64,000 bases of DNA from a bacterium (GCA_965202625.1 CBDBBI010000010.1:832001-896000); one strand, 5' to 3'. Shown: positions 1 to 10,126, numbered from the stretch's first letter. The notes: generated by a model from the letters alone, not told the origin. Numbers and translations: made by a program.

Positions 1-1
1 C

Positions 2-739
2 CTATTCAGGGAGAAGGACAAGGCGGATTATCAAGAATGGTTTGAGCGCGCCGTTCAGATTCTGAAGCCGACTCTCAAGCCGACGGCGACGGCGTACGTA
101 TGCTCTGACTGGAAAACGTCCACCCTCATCGCTCCGGTTCTCGAAACGTATTTTCACGTTCGCAACCGCATCACCTGGGAGAGGGAAAAGGGACGCGGAG
201 CGAAAGCGAACTGGAAGAACAACGCCGAGGACATCTGGTTTTGCACGGTCTCCGACGCATACCATTTCGACGTGAACGCCGTGAAGCTCAAGCGCAAGGT
301 GCGCGCTCCCTACCGGACGAACGGAAAGCCCAAGGACTGGCGCGAGGAGGAGAGCGGCGACTATCGCCTCACGCATCCCTCCAACGTCTGGACGGATGTG
401 ACAGTTCCGTTCTGGTCAATGCCCGAGAACACCGACCACCCGACGCAGAAGCCGGAAAAACTCATCGCCAAGCTCGTTCTCGCCAGTTCGAGGGCGGGCG
501 ACTTCGTGTTCGACCCGTTTCTGGGCAGCGGTGCGACGGCCGCGGTCGCCGAAAAGCTGGGCAGGAATTTTTGCGGAATCGAGATTTCCGAGGAATACTG
601 CTGCTGGGCACTGAAACGCCTGGAGAGAGCCGCCTCCGCTCCTGAAATTCAAGGATACGCAGGCGGCGTCTTCTGGGAGAGAAACACCCTCGCCGAGCAG
701 CCCGTGGGCGAGACGCGACAAGAAAAACTTCCGCTATGA
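2..739 (+). CDS. Site-specific DNA methyltransferase, N4-C/N6-A (beta-class motif order), 5'-truncated by window edge
   Basis: Frame of ORF 272..739 is open back to base 2 (LFREKDKADYQEWF...ITWEREKGRG...EDIWF). HPTQKP and the SAM-binding motif DPFLGSG lie near the C-terminus. Stop overlaps the next ATG (ATGA). Confidence 0.92.
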   Translation, partial: LFREKDKADYQEWFERAVQILKPTLKPTATAYVCSDWKTSTLIAPVLETYFHVRNRITWEREKGRGAKANWKNNAEDIWFCTVSDAYHFDVNAVKLKRKVRAPYRTNGKPKDWREEESGDYRLTHPSNVWTDVTVPFWSMPENTDHPTQKPEKLIAKLVLASSRAGDFVFDPFLGSGATAAVAEKLGRNFCGIEISEEYCCWALKRLERAASAPEIQGYAGGVFWERNTLAEQPVGETRQEKLPL

Positions 740-1407
740 AGTCGTCTTTTTATTACGACGGCCACTATCGGAAGGTGGCCGAGAAAATTAAGGGCTACGT
801 CAACGCTTCACCCGATTTTCTTTCTCCTCAGACCGCTGGCAGCACGAGGGCTACCGGAGACGCAATAGAATCTCTGATTTCAGAAAAATTCAATGCGTTT
901 TTGGAGGATTGGTGTGCTGAATACTCCAGCGACTTCGCGCGCAGGGCAATGGCCGACCTCGCCTTCACCGACAAGGAAGGCTTTTATTCCGTCGTTGACG
1001 TAAAGACACACAGGGAAGATACGAAATTCAATATGCCGAATCTGACATCGGTGGAGCGATTGACGAGGTTTTATGAATCGGATATGAACGTTTTTTCTCT
1101 CATCATGGTCAAATATGCCATGGACGAAACCCGTTTGAGAGCAACGGAAGTCCTTTTTTCTCCTATCGAATACCTAGACTGGGATTGTCTCACCGTCGGG
1201 GCGTTGGGATGGGGACAGATTCAAATAGCCAACTCCAACTACATCAAGATAAACGGTGGATACTCGCGCAAGAAATGGATGCTTCAGCTTTGCGACGCAA
1301 TGCTTGATTTCTACCCAAAAGAAATTCAAAAGATCAAAAACCGCATAGGAAGGTTCGATGACGTGAAAACCCATTGGGAATCGAGAGAGGATATTTGGGA
1401 CGGATAA
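736..1407 (+). CDS. Putative type II restriction endonuclease (PD-(D/E)xK; HincII/EcoRV-like motif pattern)
   Basis: GDAIE...ADL...VDVKT catalytic pattern followed by PNLTS and a later QIQ, resembling HincII DVKT..PNIIS..QIQ. Translationally coupled to the MTase; lower GC. Confidence 0.75.
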   Translation: MKSSFYYDGHYRKVAEKIKGYVNASPDFLSPQTAGSTRATGDAIESLISEKFNAFLEDWCAEYSSDFARRAMADLAFTDKEGFYSVVDVKTHREDTKFNMPNLTSVERLTRFYESDMNVFSLIMVKYAMDETRLRATEVLFSPIEYLDWDCLTVGALGWGQIQIANSNYIKINGGYSRKKWMLQLCDAMLDFYPKEIQKIKNRIGRFDDVKTHWESREDIWDG

Positions 1408-1417
1408 GCCGCGCCGG

Positions 1418-2272
1418 ATGGCGATAGAATTGCGAGAGGAAAACATGAAATGGTGGGAGAAACTGGATAAGAAGAAAGGGAGCCGTCCACGCTGCCTGTT
1501 GCTGGTTGACGGTGACCGGAATGCGGTCGCCGAACGCCTGAGACGGCTGGTGGATTATCGAGGCGTGAAGGTTTCGCCTGATGATAAATGGATGCCCTAT
1601 GGCAAGCCTGTCTGCAAGAACGGCTCGGGGGGTAACGATCCAGCGGAAGAGGCACAACTGGACAACGCAAATCCCCTCGTATCGCCCAAGATACAGGAGG
1701 AGCTTCAGACTTGGTGGCTAGTAAACGTGGGAAGAACCACGCCGAACTGGGACATCGCCAGCACCTGCAAAATTATGAATACGCAGGGACTCCTTCTGAT
1801 CGAAGCCAAAGCCCATGAGAAGGAACTGTCCGAATCCGACAAGTCTAGAGCAACTGACTCGGCGAATCGTAAGCAAATCTGCCAGGCGATCAAGGAGGCG
1901 AACGCCGGGCTCGGGGAATTAACGGAAGATAGGAATGCCTGGAATCTCTCCCGGGATTCTCACTACGAGATGTCGAACAGGTTTGCGTGGTCATGGAAGC
2001 TGGCTTCGCTGTGCATCCCCGTCGTTCTCGTCTATCTCGGATTTCTGAATGCGACGGACATGAAGGATGGACGGTTATTCCATCTACATGGAGATTGGGA
2101 GCGCGCGCTCAAGGAATATAGCAAAGACACAATGGATAATTCGTGTTGGGAAACATCCCTGAACGTCAAAGGGAGGCCCCTCATTCCGCTGATTCGCTCG
2201 ATTGACCAACCTTTCAACCCACGCTGCCCTTCATCCTCTTTTACGGATCAGCCGCGCATCCCGACATTGTGA
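1418..2272 (+). CDS. Uncharacterised PD-(D/E)xK nuclease-like protein (start may be ATG 1446)
   Basis: TPNWDI...LLLIEAKAH motif and downstream HYEMSNR. GAGAGGA RBS-like sequence precedes 1446. The C-terminal tail reads through the 52-bp repeat. Confidence 0.65.
   Translation: MAIELREENMKWWEKLDKKKGSRPRCLLLVDGDRNAVAERLRRLVDYRGVKVSPDDKWMPYGKPVCKNGSGGNDPAEEAQLDNANPLVSPKIQEELQTWWLVNVGRTTPNWDIASTCKIMNTQGLLLIEAKAHEKELSESDKSRATDSANRKQICQAIKEANAGLGELTEDRNAWNLSRDSHYEMSNRFAWSWKLASLCIPVVLVYLGFLNATDMKDGRLFHLHGDWERALKEYSKDTMDNSCWETSLNVKGRPLIPLIRSIDQPFNPRCPSSSFTDQPRIPTL
2211..2262 (+). repeat. 52-bp degenerate direct repeat, copy 1
   Basis: ctttcaacccacgctgcccttcatcctcttttacggatcagccgcgcatccc matches 3508-3559 at 45/52 positions by hand alignment. 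Confidence 0.9.
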
Positions 2273-2452
2273 GCGCGGCGGACGCAAACGCCCTCGCCCG
2301 CTCTTTCACGGCTTTTTTCGAGCCGCTTATGCCCCGGAAAACGGCCATTTTTCCAAGCCATTCGCAATGATTTTTGTTTGGCTGCAACCTGACGAGTCTC
2401 TACTGCGAGCGGTGAACCGTTTTTACGATGAACTCGCTTCACTACGTAGTTT

Positions 2453-3199
2453 TTAATGCACATCAACGTATTTGTAAATCGAAAATAATTCCTTCCCGCC
2501 TATACAGAGTTTGTGAGCGAGGGCAATTTGGCTGCCGCATGATGGCTTCTGTTCGCCACGGACACACTTCACAAATTTCTCGTAATCCTTATAGTTTTTA
2601 TCACCTTTTCCTTTCTCGTATGCGCACGTCCTGAAAACCAGGACGCAGAAAACCGCTATGTCTATCTCTTTTCTTTTCGTCACCGCAACTATTCCCGCCG
2701 TAGCAGTCAGCAACTGATAACGGATGCAGGAAAACTTGGACTCGCCAGGCAGATCCGTATCCAAAAAATACTTCGAGAGCAATTCCTCTACCCGCTCAGG
2801 CGCGTTGGTTGGCTTACCATCGCATCGGTCTTTCTTGGCTTTGCGATACCTTTCGCCCACCGTTTTTCCAAACGCTTCATCAACCTTCGCCTCTAATCCC
2901 ACAAACATCCTCTTTCCGGAGCAAACCCGTCCATATAATCCCAAGTCAAGATTGCTCGGCCCTCTGTAGCAATCAAACTTCGCTTGGTATTCTGGCGTGG
3001 CCCGCTCGAAAGCGACCTTTGGAAATTGAGGCAAAACGGACCCTATATCCGATTCCAGGTCTTCCGCTCCTCCTTTGTTCATCATGTAGTCGGCAAGCGC
3101 GTAGGCACTTCGTCCCTTTTTCCACTGTCCAGCCTTAACGTGACTCTTCCATTCTTCCAGAGTCGAAATCTCATTATCCTCATAATCTAGAATTTTCAT
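2453..3199 (-). CDS. DUF6946-like PD-(D/E)xK nuclease-fold protein
   Basis: WKKGRSAYALA...PEY...SNLDL...GLEAKVDEAFG...RYQLL motif series. Confidence 0.7.
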   Translation of the reverse strand: MKILDYEDNEISTLEEWKSHVKAGQWKKGRSAYALADYMMNKGGAEDLESDIGSVLPQFPKVAFERATPEYQAKFDCYRGPSNLDLGLYGRVCSGKRMFVGLEAKVDEAFGKTVGERYRKAKKDRCDGKPTNAPERVEELLSKYFLDTDLPGESKFSCIRYQLLTATAGIVAVTKRKEIDIAVFCVLVFRTCAYEKGKGDKNYKDYEKFVKCVRGEQKPSCGSQIALAHKLCIGGKELFSIYKYVDVH

Positions 3200-3507
3200 A
3201 TCTTCGCTCCCTACAGGATTGGACGTTCAAAACGCCGCACGGATGATTCCGCAGGGCAGACGCAGACGGGACAAGCTGTCCCCGCATCGTCGCTTTTGGT
3301 CAATTTGTCTTTCTCATTCTCTGACGCATCGACCGGAAAACCGCTGGGCTGACCCGAAGAGGGCATTCAACATGGCATTACGATACCCCTATACGCACCC
3401 CATCCACGCGAAAAATATCATAGCGGGGGCATTGCCTTATCATCCACATGGAGCGGACCGCAACGTAGCGGAATTAGGCATTTCACACGCCGACTGACGC
3501 CCCCCGT

Positions 3508-3559
3508 CTTTCAACCCATACCGCCCTTCATCCTACTTTACGGATCAGCCGCGTATTCC
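3508..3559 (+). repeat. 52-bp degenerate direct repeat, copy 2
   Basis: ctttcaacccataccgcccttcatcctactttacggatcagccgcgtattcc; see copy 1. Confidence 0.9.
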
Positions 3560-3682
3560 ACTCCTAACGCCCCTTCGTTTGACGCACCGCGCGAAACAAA
3601 CTAGATTAGTTTTTATCCACCAGACGACGCAGACGACGGCGAAACGAGCGGCTCTATTTCTCGCAAGACGGGAAAGCGAATC

Positions 3683-4177
3683 GTGCCGAACATTGAGCGA
3701 AATCTCTCATGGGTGCTTCTGCTCTCCCTCACCTTGATGCTCACCGCCCAGGTGATCGCGCGCTACGTATTCTTCACGTCGATCAGCTGGATCGAGGAGT
3801 TCTCGCGCATTGTCTTCATCTGGTTCATCTACCTGACCATCAGCTGGATCATCCTTCAGGGGCGGCACATCCGCGTGAACGCCATCGAGATGATCGCCCC
3901 CGCCTCCTGGGCACGCCCGATAGTCTTTCTGGCCGATTGCCTGTGGATGGCCTTCAACGTTTTGATGACGTATTTCGGCTATCTCTTCGTGCGCAGCGAG
4001 ATCGAGGTCTGGTCGGAGACGGATATCCTGCAGATACCCGAGGCCGCGGTTCACTCGATCATCCCCATTGGGTTCGGGTTGATGACCCTGCGCCTCGCCC
4101 AATACATGTATCGCGTCTATGTGCTGGGCGGGCCCGAGGTGGTCTATGAGGTCGACAAGCAGGAGGAGGAAAGATGA
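3683..4177 (+). CDS. TRAP transporter small permease (DctQ family)
   Basis: About 4 TM segments; QVIARY, SWIEEFSR, HIRV motifs; coupled to DctM. Confidence 0.92.
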   Translation: MPNIERNLSWVLLLSLTLMLTAQVIARYVFFTSISWIEEFSRIVFIWFIYLTISWIILQGRHIRVNAIEMIAPASWARPIVFLADCLWMAFNVLMTYFGYLFVRSEIEVWSETDILQIPEAAVHSIIPIGFGLMTLRLAQYMYRVYVLGGPEVVYEVDKQEEER

Positions 4178-5460
4178 ACGTGCCCCTTCTGCTGCTCGGC
4201 TCCCTCGCCCTGCTCCTATTCATCCGCGTGCCGGTGGGCGCCTCCCTGGGTGCAGCCTCCATCCTCGTCTATTACGCCACCGGTGAGCACTTCGAGAGCC
4301 TGGCGCTCTCTTATTATGACGGGTTGGACAAGTTCCCCTTCATCGCCGTGCCCATGTTTCTGCTGGCCGGCGCGCTGATGGAGAAGGGCGGCATCAGCAG
4401 GCGCCTCATCGCGGTGGCGGATTGCTTCGTGGGCAACGTGCAGGGCGGCCTCGCTCACGTCACCATTCTTGCGTGCATGCTCTTCTCGGCCATATCGGGC
4501 TCCGGCCCAGCCACCACCGCCGCCGTGGGCGGACTCATGATCCCCACCATGCTCAGGCGCCAATACGACAAGAACTACTCGGGCGCCGTCTCCGCCTGCG
4601 GGGGGACGCTCGGCATACTCATTCCTCCGAGCATCACCCTCATCGTCTATGGGGTGAGCGCGGATCAATCCGTCACGCGGCTGTTCATCGCCGGCTTTCT
4701 GCCCGGCATCCTGCTCGGCTGCATGCTCATGTGCTGCGCCACGATCATGGCGCGCTTCATGACGGTGGAATCCGACTCTGAGCCCTTCTCCGTCTCGCGG
4801 ACGCTGCGCACCATCTGGGAGGCGCGCTGGGCGCTCCTTGCTCCGGGCGTCATCATCGGCGGCATCTACGGCGGCTTCGTCACGCCGACGGAGAGCGCCG
4901 TCATCGCCGTCCTCTACGGCTGGGCGGTCGGCACCTTCGTCTACAAGGAGCTCGACTGGCGCAGAACGCGCGAATGCCTGGAAATCGCGGCCCTGGTCAC
5001 AGGCACCATCGCCATCATCTGGGGGGCGTCGCTCGCGTTCGGCGAGCTGATCACCATTCACCAGATTCCCCAGCTGGTCACCGCCTTCATCCAGGAGGTT
5101 ACGACCTCGCCGTTCTTCATCCTCATACTCATCAGCCTGTTTCTCACTTTCGTGGGAATGTGGCTCAACACCATGGCGCAGGTCATCATCCTCACGCCGA
5201 TGTTCCTCCCCGTCATCAAGGCGGCCGGAATAGACCCCATCCACTTCGGCATCGTTTTCGTGGTGAACTGCGAGATTGGCTACCTCACGCCGCCCCTGGG
5301 CACGAGCCTGTTCGTGGCGATGGGCATCGCGGACACGACGCTTGGCGCCATCGCCAAGGCCGTCCTGCCCTTCATCGTGACGATGTTGCTCTGCATTCTC
5401 GTTCTGTCGTATTTCCCCAGCATCTCCCTTGTCCTGCCGAACCTCATCCTCGGCAGATGA
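4174..5460 (+). CDS. TRAP transporter large permease (DctM family)
   Basis: AVPMFLLAG, SAISGS, LIPPS, TPTESA, DPIHFG, GYLTPPLG motifs. Confidence 0.95.
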   Translation: MNVPLLLLGSLALLLFIRVPVGASLGAASILVYYATGEHFESLALSYYDGLDKFPFIAVPMFLLAGALMEKGGISRRLIAVADCFVGNVQGGLAHVTILACMLFSAISGSGPATTAAVGGLMIPTMLRRQYDKNYSGAVSACGGTLGILIPPSITLIVYGVSADQSVTRLFIAGFLPGILLGCMLMCCATIMARFMTVESDSEPFSVSRTLRTIWEARWALLAPGVIIGGIYGGFVTPTESAVIAVLYGWAVGTFVYKELDWRRTRECLEIAALVTGTIAIIWGASLAFGELITIHQIPQLVTAFIQEVTTSPFFILILISLFLTFVGMWLNTMAQVIILTPMFLPVIKAAGIDPIHFGIVFVVNCEIGYLTPPLGTSLFVAMGIADTTLGAIAKAVLPFIVTMLLCILVLSYFPSISLVLPNLILGR

Positions 5461-5490
5461 GGGGGGCGCCAAGCCAAAAGGAGGCAAACC

Positions 5491-6504
5491 ATGCGACATC
5501 TGAAACGAAGTTTCATGGCGATCGCGGGCGGCGTCCTCGTCGCCGGGCTGCTCGGCTTCACTCTCCCGCAAGCCGAGGCCGCCAAATACGTCATGAGGTT
5601 CGCCCACAACAACCCGCCCAAGCCGCAGCTCCTCTACCAGGCCACGGCCCTCACCATGCGAAAAAACCTCCAGGTCTATTCGAAGGGAGACATCGACATC
5701 CAGATATTCCCCTCCTCCCAGCTCGGCAAAGATCGCGTGGCCGCGAAGAAGGTGCAGCTCGGCTCGGTGCAGATGCAGTTAGTCGCCTCGAACAACATCA
5801 CGGCCTTCGACAGACGTCTTGACATCTTCACCCTGCCCTTCATGTTCAGCAGTTTCAAAGGCGCGGCCAAGGTGTTCAACAGCGACATAGGCAAGACCAT
5901 CGGCGAGAATTTCCGAAAGAAATCGGGCATCCGCGTGCTCGGCTTCGTCGCAACGGGCTTTCGGAACATGATGAACAGCAAACACTCCATCATGAAGCCG
6001 ACGGACCTCGGCGACTTGCGGATGCGAATCGCGAAAAACCCCATCATGGTCGAGACCTACAAATCCCTGGGCGGCAGCACCATCGGCATGGCACCGACCG
6101 AGCTCTTCAGCGCGCTGAGCACCAGGACGGTGGACGGCCACGACGGAGGCTCGAGCTGGGCGTGGGCGATGAAGCTCTACGAGGTGCAGAAATACCTCTC
6201 CATCACCCGGCACCAGCTCGTCGCGGGCGCGCTCATCATGAACGACAAATACTACGAGAATCTGCCCGGGGCCATGCGCAAGGCCGTCCTACTAGCGGCG
6301 CGCGACACCATCGCATGGGCGAACGCCTACGCGGAGGAGGCCGAGAAGGACATCATGAAGGGTTTCGCCGAGAAGGGATTGACCGTCTCCACGCCCGACC
6401 TCAAGCCCTTCCGAAAGGCTGTGCGGCCCGTTCACCAGAAATTCGCCGACAAGGTGGGCGGCATCGACCTCATCAACCGCATACTGAAAATGCAGGAAGG
6501 CTAA
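5491..6504 (+). CDS. TRAP substrate-binding protein (DctP family)
   Basis: Signal peptide; FPSSQLG, LPFMF, GFR, DLGDLRMR motifs. Confidence 0.93.
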   Translation: MRHLKRSFMAIAGGVLVAGLLGFTLPQAEAAKYVMRFAHNNPPKPQLLYQATALTMRKNLQVYSKGDIDIQIFPSSQLGKDRVAAKKVQLGSVQMQLVASNNITAFDRRLDIFTLPFMFSSFKGAAKVFNSDIGKTIGENFRKKSGIRVLGFVATGFRNMMNSKHSIMKPTDLGDLRMRIAKNPIMVETYKSLGGSTIGMAPTELFSALSTRTVDGHDGGSSWAWAMKLYEVQKYLSITRHQLVAGALIMNDKYYENLPGAMRKAVLLAARDTIAWANAYAEEAEKDIMKGFAEKGLTVSTPDLKPFRKAVRPVHQKFADKVGGIDLINRILKMQEG

Positions 6505-6557
6505 GCGAAGGAGGGGGCGGGCGGCGTTTTATCTCACGAAGAAAAGAAGGAGCGCGC

Positions 6558-7313
6558 ATGAGAGGCTTTGAGGGACAAAGCGCCATCGTCACGGGCGCGG
6601 CGACGGGAATCGGCGCGTCCACGGCGAGAATTCTCGCGCGCGAGGGGGCGGAGGTCACGCTCATGGACATCGACGCGGACGGCGCGGAGGCGGTCGCGAA
6701 ATCCATCGGCGAGAGCGGCGGAGCGGCCCGCATCGCCGTCGTCAACCTCACCGACTGGGAGGCGACACGCGCGGCCGTGGAGGAGGCACACCGTCGGACA
6801 GGGCGGATGGACGTCCTCGTTCACAGCGCGGGCGGCTTTCCCCGCTACGTGAGCCTGCTCGATTGCCCGGTCGAAGCGTGGGACGGCGTAGTGGACTCAA
6901 ACCTCAAGTCGATGTTCTACCTCCTCAAAGCCGTCGCCCCCCTCATGGCGGCGGCACGCTACGGGCGGTTCGTCACCCTCTCGAGCATGGCCGCGCGCAG
7001 CGGCGTGAACCCCAATCCGCCGCATTACACGGCCGCCAAGGCGGGGGTGCTGGGACTCACACGCCAGGCGGCGCGCGAGCTCGGGCCGCACGGCGTCACC
7101 GTCAACGCCGTGGCGCCGGCCAACGTGCGAACGCCGAGAACCCTCGCCATCCGCAAGCCCGAGCGCATCGCCCACATTGAGCACTCCTCCCCTGTGGGCA
7201 GGCTCTCCGAACCCGTCGAGATAGCGGAGGCGGTCGTCTTTCTCTGCCGAAAGGAGGCGGCCTATATCACCGGCGCCACCCTGGACGTGAACGGCGGCGC
7301 GACGATGATCTGA
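6558..7313 (+). CDS. Short-chain dehydrogenase/reductase (FabG-like)
   Basis: TGAATGIG, YTAAK, VNAVAP, YITGATLDVNGG; AAGGAG RBS before ATG 6558. Confidence 0.93.
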   Translation: MRGFEGQSAIVTGAATGIGASTARILAREGAEVTLMDIDADGAEAVAKSIGESGGAARIAVVNLTDWEATRAAVEEAHRRTGRMDVLVHSAGGFPRYVSLLDCPVEAWDGVVDSNLKSMFYLLKAVAPLMAAARYGRFVTLSSMAARSGVNPNPPHYTAAKAGVLGLTRQAARELGPHGVTVNAVAPANVRTPRTLAIRKPERIAHIEHSSPVGRLSEPVEIAEAVVFLCRKEAAYITGATLDVNGGATMI

Positions 7314-7464
7314 AACGCTCCCTCACTCCGCACCTGTCGAGACGGCGGTTGCGCACGTGGACGGCAGGGAGGGACGCGCCTCCGCCCGCTTTGGGAACGC
7401 GAAAATGCGATTTTCAGCCGATGGACGTCCGCTGGCAGAGGCTCGGCGCGCGTTCCCCTGCGCG

Positions 7465-8364
7465 TCAGGCGGTTTTGAGCGCCTCGCGCACGAGGGGAAC
7501 GATTTCAGAAAATTTCTCCGCCACGAGGACGCCAGCTTCTCTCAGCAGCCTCTTTTTGAGCGAGGGCGCGCCGCGTCCCTTACTCATGAGCGCGCCGGTG
7601 TGGCTCACGCTGGCCGGCGTGGGTGAAGTTTCCCAGAACGCGCCGGGCACCATGGCCACCACGGGTTTCGTGAACCCGCCCGAGGCGATGAAGCGGGCCG
7701 CCTCTTCCTCCCTGTCCGTGCCGGGCTCTCCGAACATGACGACGGCACGGGTCTCGGGGTCCTCCTCGAACAGCGTGAGCATCTCAACGAACGACGCGCC
7801 GATGAGCAGGTCGCCCCCCAGTGCCACGTAGGTGCTCTGGCCGATTCCCGCCCGCGTCAAAAAAAGGCAAATCTCCGCGCCCATTCCTCCGCTTCGGCTC
7901 ACCACGCCCACGGGGCCAGGGCGAAACATGAGGTCCGGCGTCTCGCCCCCCGTGCCGCCGAGTTTCGACTTGCCCGGACTCACCATGCCCTGGCTGTTGG
8001 GGCCGATGACGAAGACGCCCCTTTGCGCCGCGCGCGTCAGTAGCGCACAGGCGTCATGATGCGGAACGCCCTCGGCGAGAACGTGGAGGGTGGGCACGCC
8101 CGCCTCGATAGCCTCCAGGGCGGCGGCGCGTACGAAGCGCGCCGGAACAAAAAGTACGGAGAGGTCCACCTCGTGCGCGCGTAGGGCGTCGGCCACCGCG
8201 TCGTAGATCGGAACGTCCCCGACCCGGGCGCCTCCCCTCCCCGGAGACACGCCCGCCACCACGCGGGTGCCGTAAGCCGTCATGGTGGGCAGCAGCCGCC
8301 GCGCCTCTCCTCCCGTCGCTCCCTGCACGAGCACCCGGGTTTCGGAATCCAGCAGAATGCTCAT
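7465..8364 (-). CDS. ADP-forming acyl-CoA synthetase alpha subunit (SucD-like paralog)
   Basis: MSILLDSETRVLVQGATG, GPNSQG, SRSGG, GIGQS, FGEPG, phospho-His motif SHTGA. Confidence 0.9.
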   Translation of the reverse strand: MSILLDSETRVLVQGATGGEARRLLPTMTAYGTRVVAGVSPGRGGARVGDVPIYDAVADALRAHEVDLSVLFVPARFVRAAALEAIEAGVPTLHVLAEGVPHHDACALLTRAAQRGVFVIGPNSQGMVSPGKSKLGGTGGETPDLMFRPGPVGVVSRSGGMGAEICLFLTRAGIGQSTYVALGGDLLIGASFVEMLTLFEEDPETRAVVMFGEPGTDREEEAARFIASGGFTKPVVAMVPGAFWETSPTPASVSHTGALMSKGRGAPSLKKRLLREAGVLVAEKFSEIVPLVREALKTA

Positions 8365-8511
8365 TCGCCTCTCCCCAAAAATCGCCCTCGCGCGAGGGCG
8401 GCTCGGCGGCGGCACCCCGCCAAACTCCCGATGCGCTTCACAATTCGGATAATTCCAACGGCTGCTTCAGCGAGTCGAACGATCATGGCGATCGCGCCCA
8501 TGACGCGCCAT

Positions 8512-9780
8512 TCACTTTTCCGGGTTTGCGGCGTCCGACGGGACTTTCCCCTCATGGAACGCGGGCACAGGCGGCGCATCCCCATAGACGCGCGCCATGA
8601 CACGCTCGGCGAGATATTCTATCGACGCCTCCTCCTCGTGCCACTCCACGCCCGGAACCTCGGCGATGCACCGTCGCGCCTCCTCCACCCCCGGGCCAGC
8701 GTAGCGGACGATGACGGGAAATTTTTCATAGTCGAGGTCCATTTCCTTGAGGGCGCGCGCCACACCCGCCGCCTTGACGTCCACCCGCGTGAAGTTGCTC
8801 ACGTTTCCCGCCAGAAGCAATCCCTTGAGGCCGGGCATGGAGAGCACGGCCTTGACCGCCTCGCGCATCTTTTCGTCGTAGCGTCCGGGCGTGATGTCAA
8901 ACGTAGTGGCCGGCCTCCCTCCCCGGCGCAGAAGCGCCTCCATACTCGAGAGGCCGTAGCCGCCGCCGGTGACCATGAAGCCGACGTCGCCGTCGAGCTC
9001 ATTGAAGCGAATCGCGCCCACCTCGGGGTCGATGGCGTCCACCTCGCGCATTCGCATCTCCAGTTCGGTGAAAGGACGCCAGCCGTTTCCCCCCTCGGCG
9101 CCCAGCCTGGCAGCCAGGTCCGGATGGCGGAAAAGCGCCTGCGCGTCGAGCTGCGCGGCAGCGGCGGCGACGACCACGCGGCCGTCGGCCAGTTCCGCCA
9201 GCGGGTTCACCTCGATCATCTCGCATTCATGGGCGCAGAAGACTTCATACGTCGCGCCGACCGCGCGGGCGACCTGGCCGGCGAGGCCCCCTGAAAGTCC
9301 CGCGCGCCGCGCCAGGCGGAGGGCGTCGGCGGCGTTGAGTCCTTCCAGAATGTTCACGGGGCATTCAAGGAGTTTCTCCGGATGGGCGCAAGCGAGCGTC
9401 TCTACGTCCACGCCGCCCTCCGCGCTGAAGAGGATGAGCGGACATTTTCTCCCCGCGTCGAAGGAGACGGAGCAGAACATCTCGCGCCTGATGTCGAGCG
9501 CCTCCATCACGATGAGGCGTTTGACGGGAAAGCGCCGCACCTCCATGTCGAGAATCGCCTCCGCGCGCGCGCGCGCTTCCTCCGCCGAGGCGGCGAACTG
9601 CACCGCGCCCGACCTGCCCCGCTTTCCGACCGGCACGAGCCCCTTGATGACGACGCGTCCGCCCAGGCGCGCGAGGGCATCGGCGGTCTCCTCCGCACTC
9701 GCGCACACCTCGAAATTTGGGACGGGGACGCCGCGCGCAGCGAGTAGAGCCAAAGAGTCGTTCTCCAGAAGGCGTGACAC
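8512..9780 (-). CDS. ADP-forming acyl-CoA synthetase beta subunit (ATP-grasp; SucC/citryl-CoA synthetase-like)
   Basis: GTG 9780 with GGAGG RBS; RLLE, GKRGRSG, EGGVDVE, IEVNPL, LDGDVGFMVTGGG, SNFTRVD. Confidence 0.88.
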   Translation of the reverse strand: MSRLLENDSLALLAARGVPVPNFEVCASAEETADALARLGGRVVIKGLVPVGKRGRSGAVQFAASAEEARARAEAILDMEVRRFPVKRLIVMEALDIRREMFCSVSFDAGRKCPLILFSAEGGVDVETLACAHPEKLLECPVNILEGLNAADALRLARRAGLSGGLAGQVARAVGATYEVFCAHECEMIEVNPLAELADGRVVVAAAAAQLDAQALFRHPDLAARLGAEGGNGWRPFTELEMRMREVDAIDPEVGAIRFNELDGDVGFMVTGGGYGLSSMEALLRRGGRPATTFDITPGRYDEKMREAVKAVLSMPGLKGLLLAGNVSNFTRVDVKAAGVARALKEMDLDYEKFPVIVRYAGPGVEEARRCIAEVPGVEWHEEEASIEYLAERVMARVYGDAPPVPAFHEGKVPSDAANPEK

Positions 9781-10126
9781 GCGCGACCTCCAAGAAGGGG
9801 CGATCCGTCTCGTTCCTCCGCGCCCGAAAACCGGCGAAGGGGGCGTACGATTCTTAACCTCTCCGCCCCCACGCGTCAAGATTCCGGCGGTTTCCGGAAC
9901 CCGACCCATGCGTAGGGACGGACACACGTGTCCGCCCGCCCGCAGAGGGACGACCGCCCGGGGACGGGACAATCGCACATCATGCGCGACGACCACAGGG
10001 AGTTGTCCCTAAGCCTCTCCCCTCCCCAAACGCGCGGAAACGCCGTAGTGTGGGGACACCGCGTTTTTGTTCACGCCCCCTCAGGCGGGGCGGCCCGTCG
10101 CTCCGGTTTTTGGGGGAGGACGTTCG

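Noticed and set aside
2400-2452. Hairpin after the DUF6946-like gene as an integron attC site
   Set aside because: No RYYYAAC/GTTRRRY boxes seen and no intI; more likely a terminator between convergent genes.
3219-3497. 92-aa ORF ending just before repeat copy 2
   Set aside because: TTG start and no recognisable motif; may be a gene remnant, so not called as a CDS.
4216-10012. Long antisense or alternate-frame ORFs (e.g. 4216-5607, 8431-9294, 8969-10012)
   Set aside because: Shadow ORFs of GC-rich genes with no family motifs.
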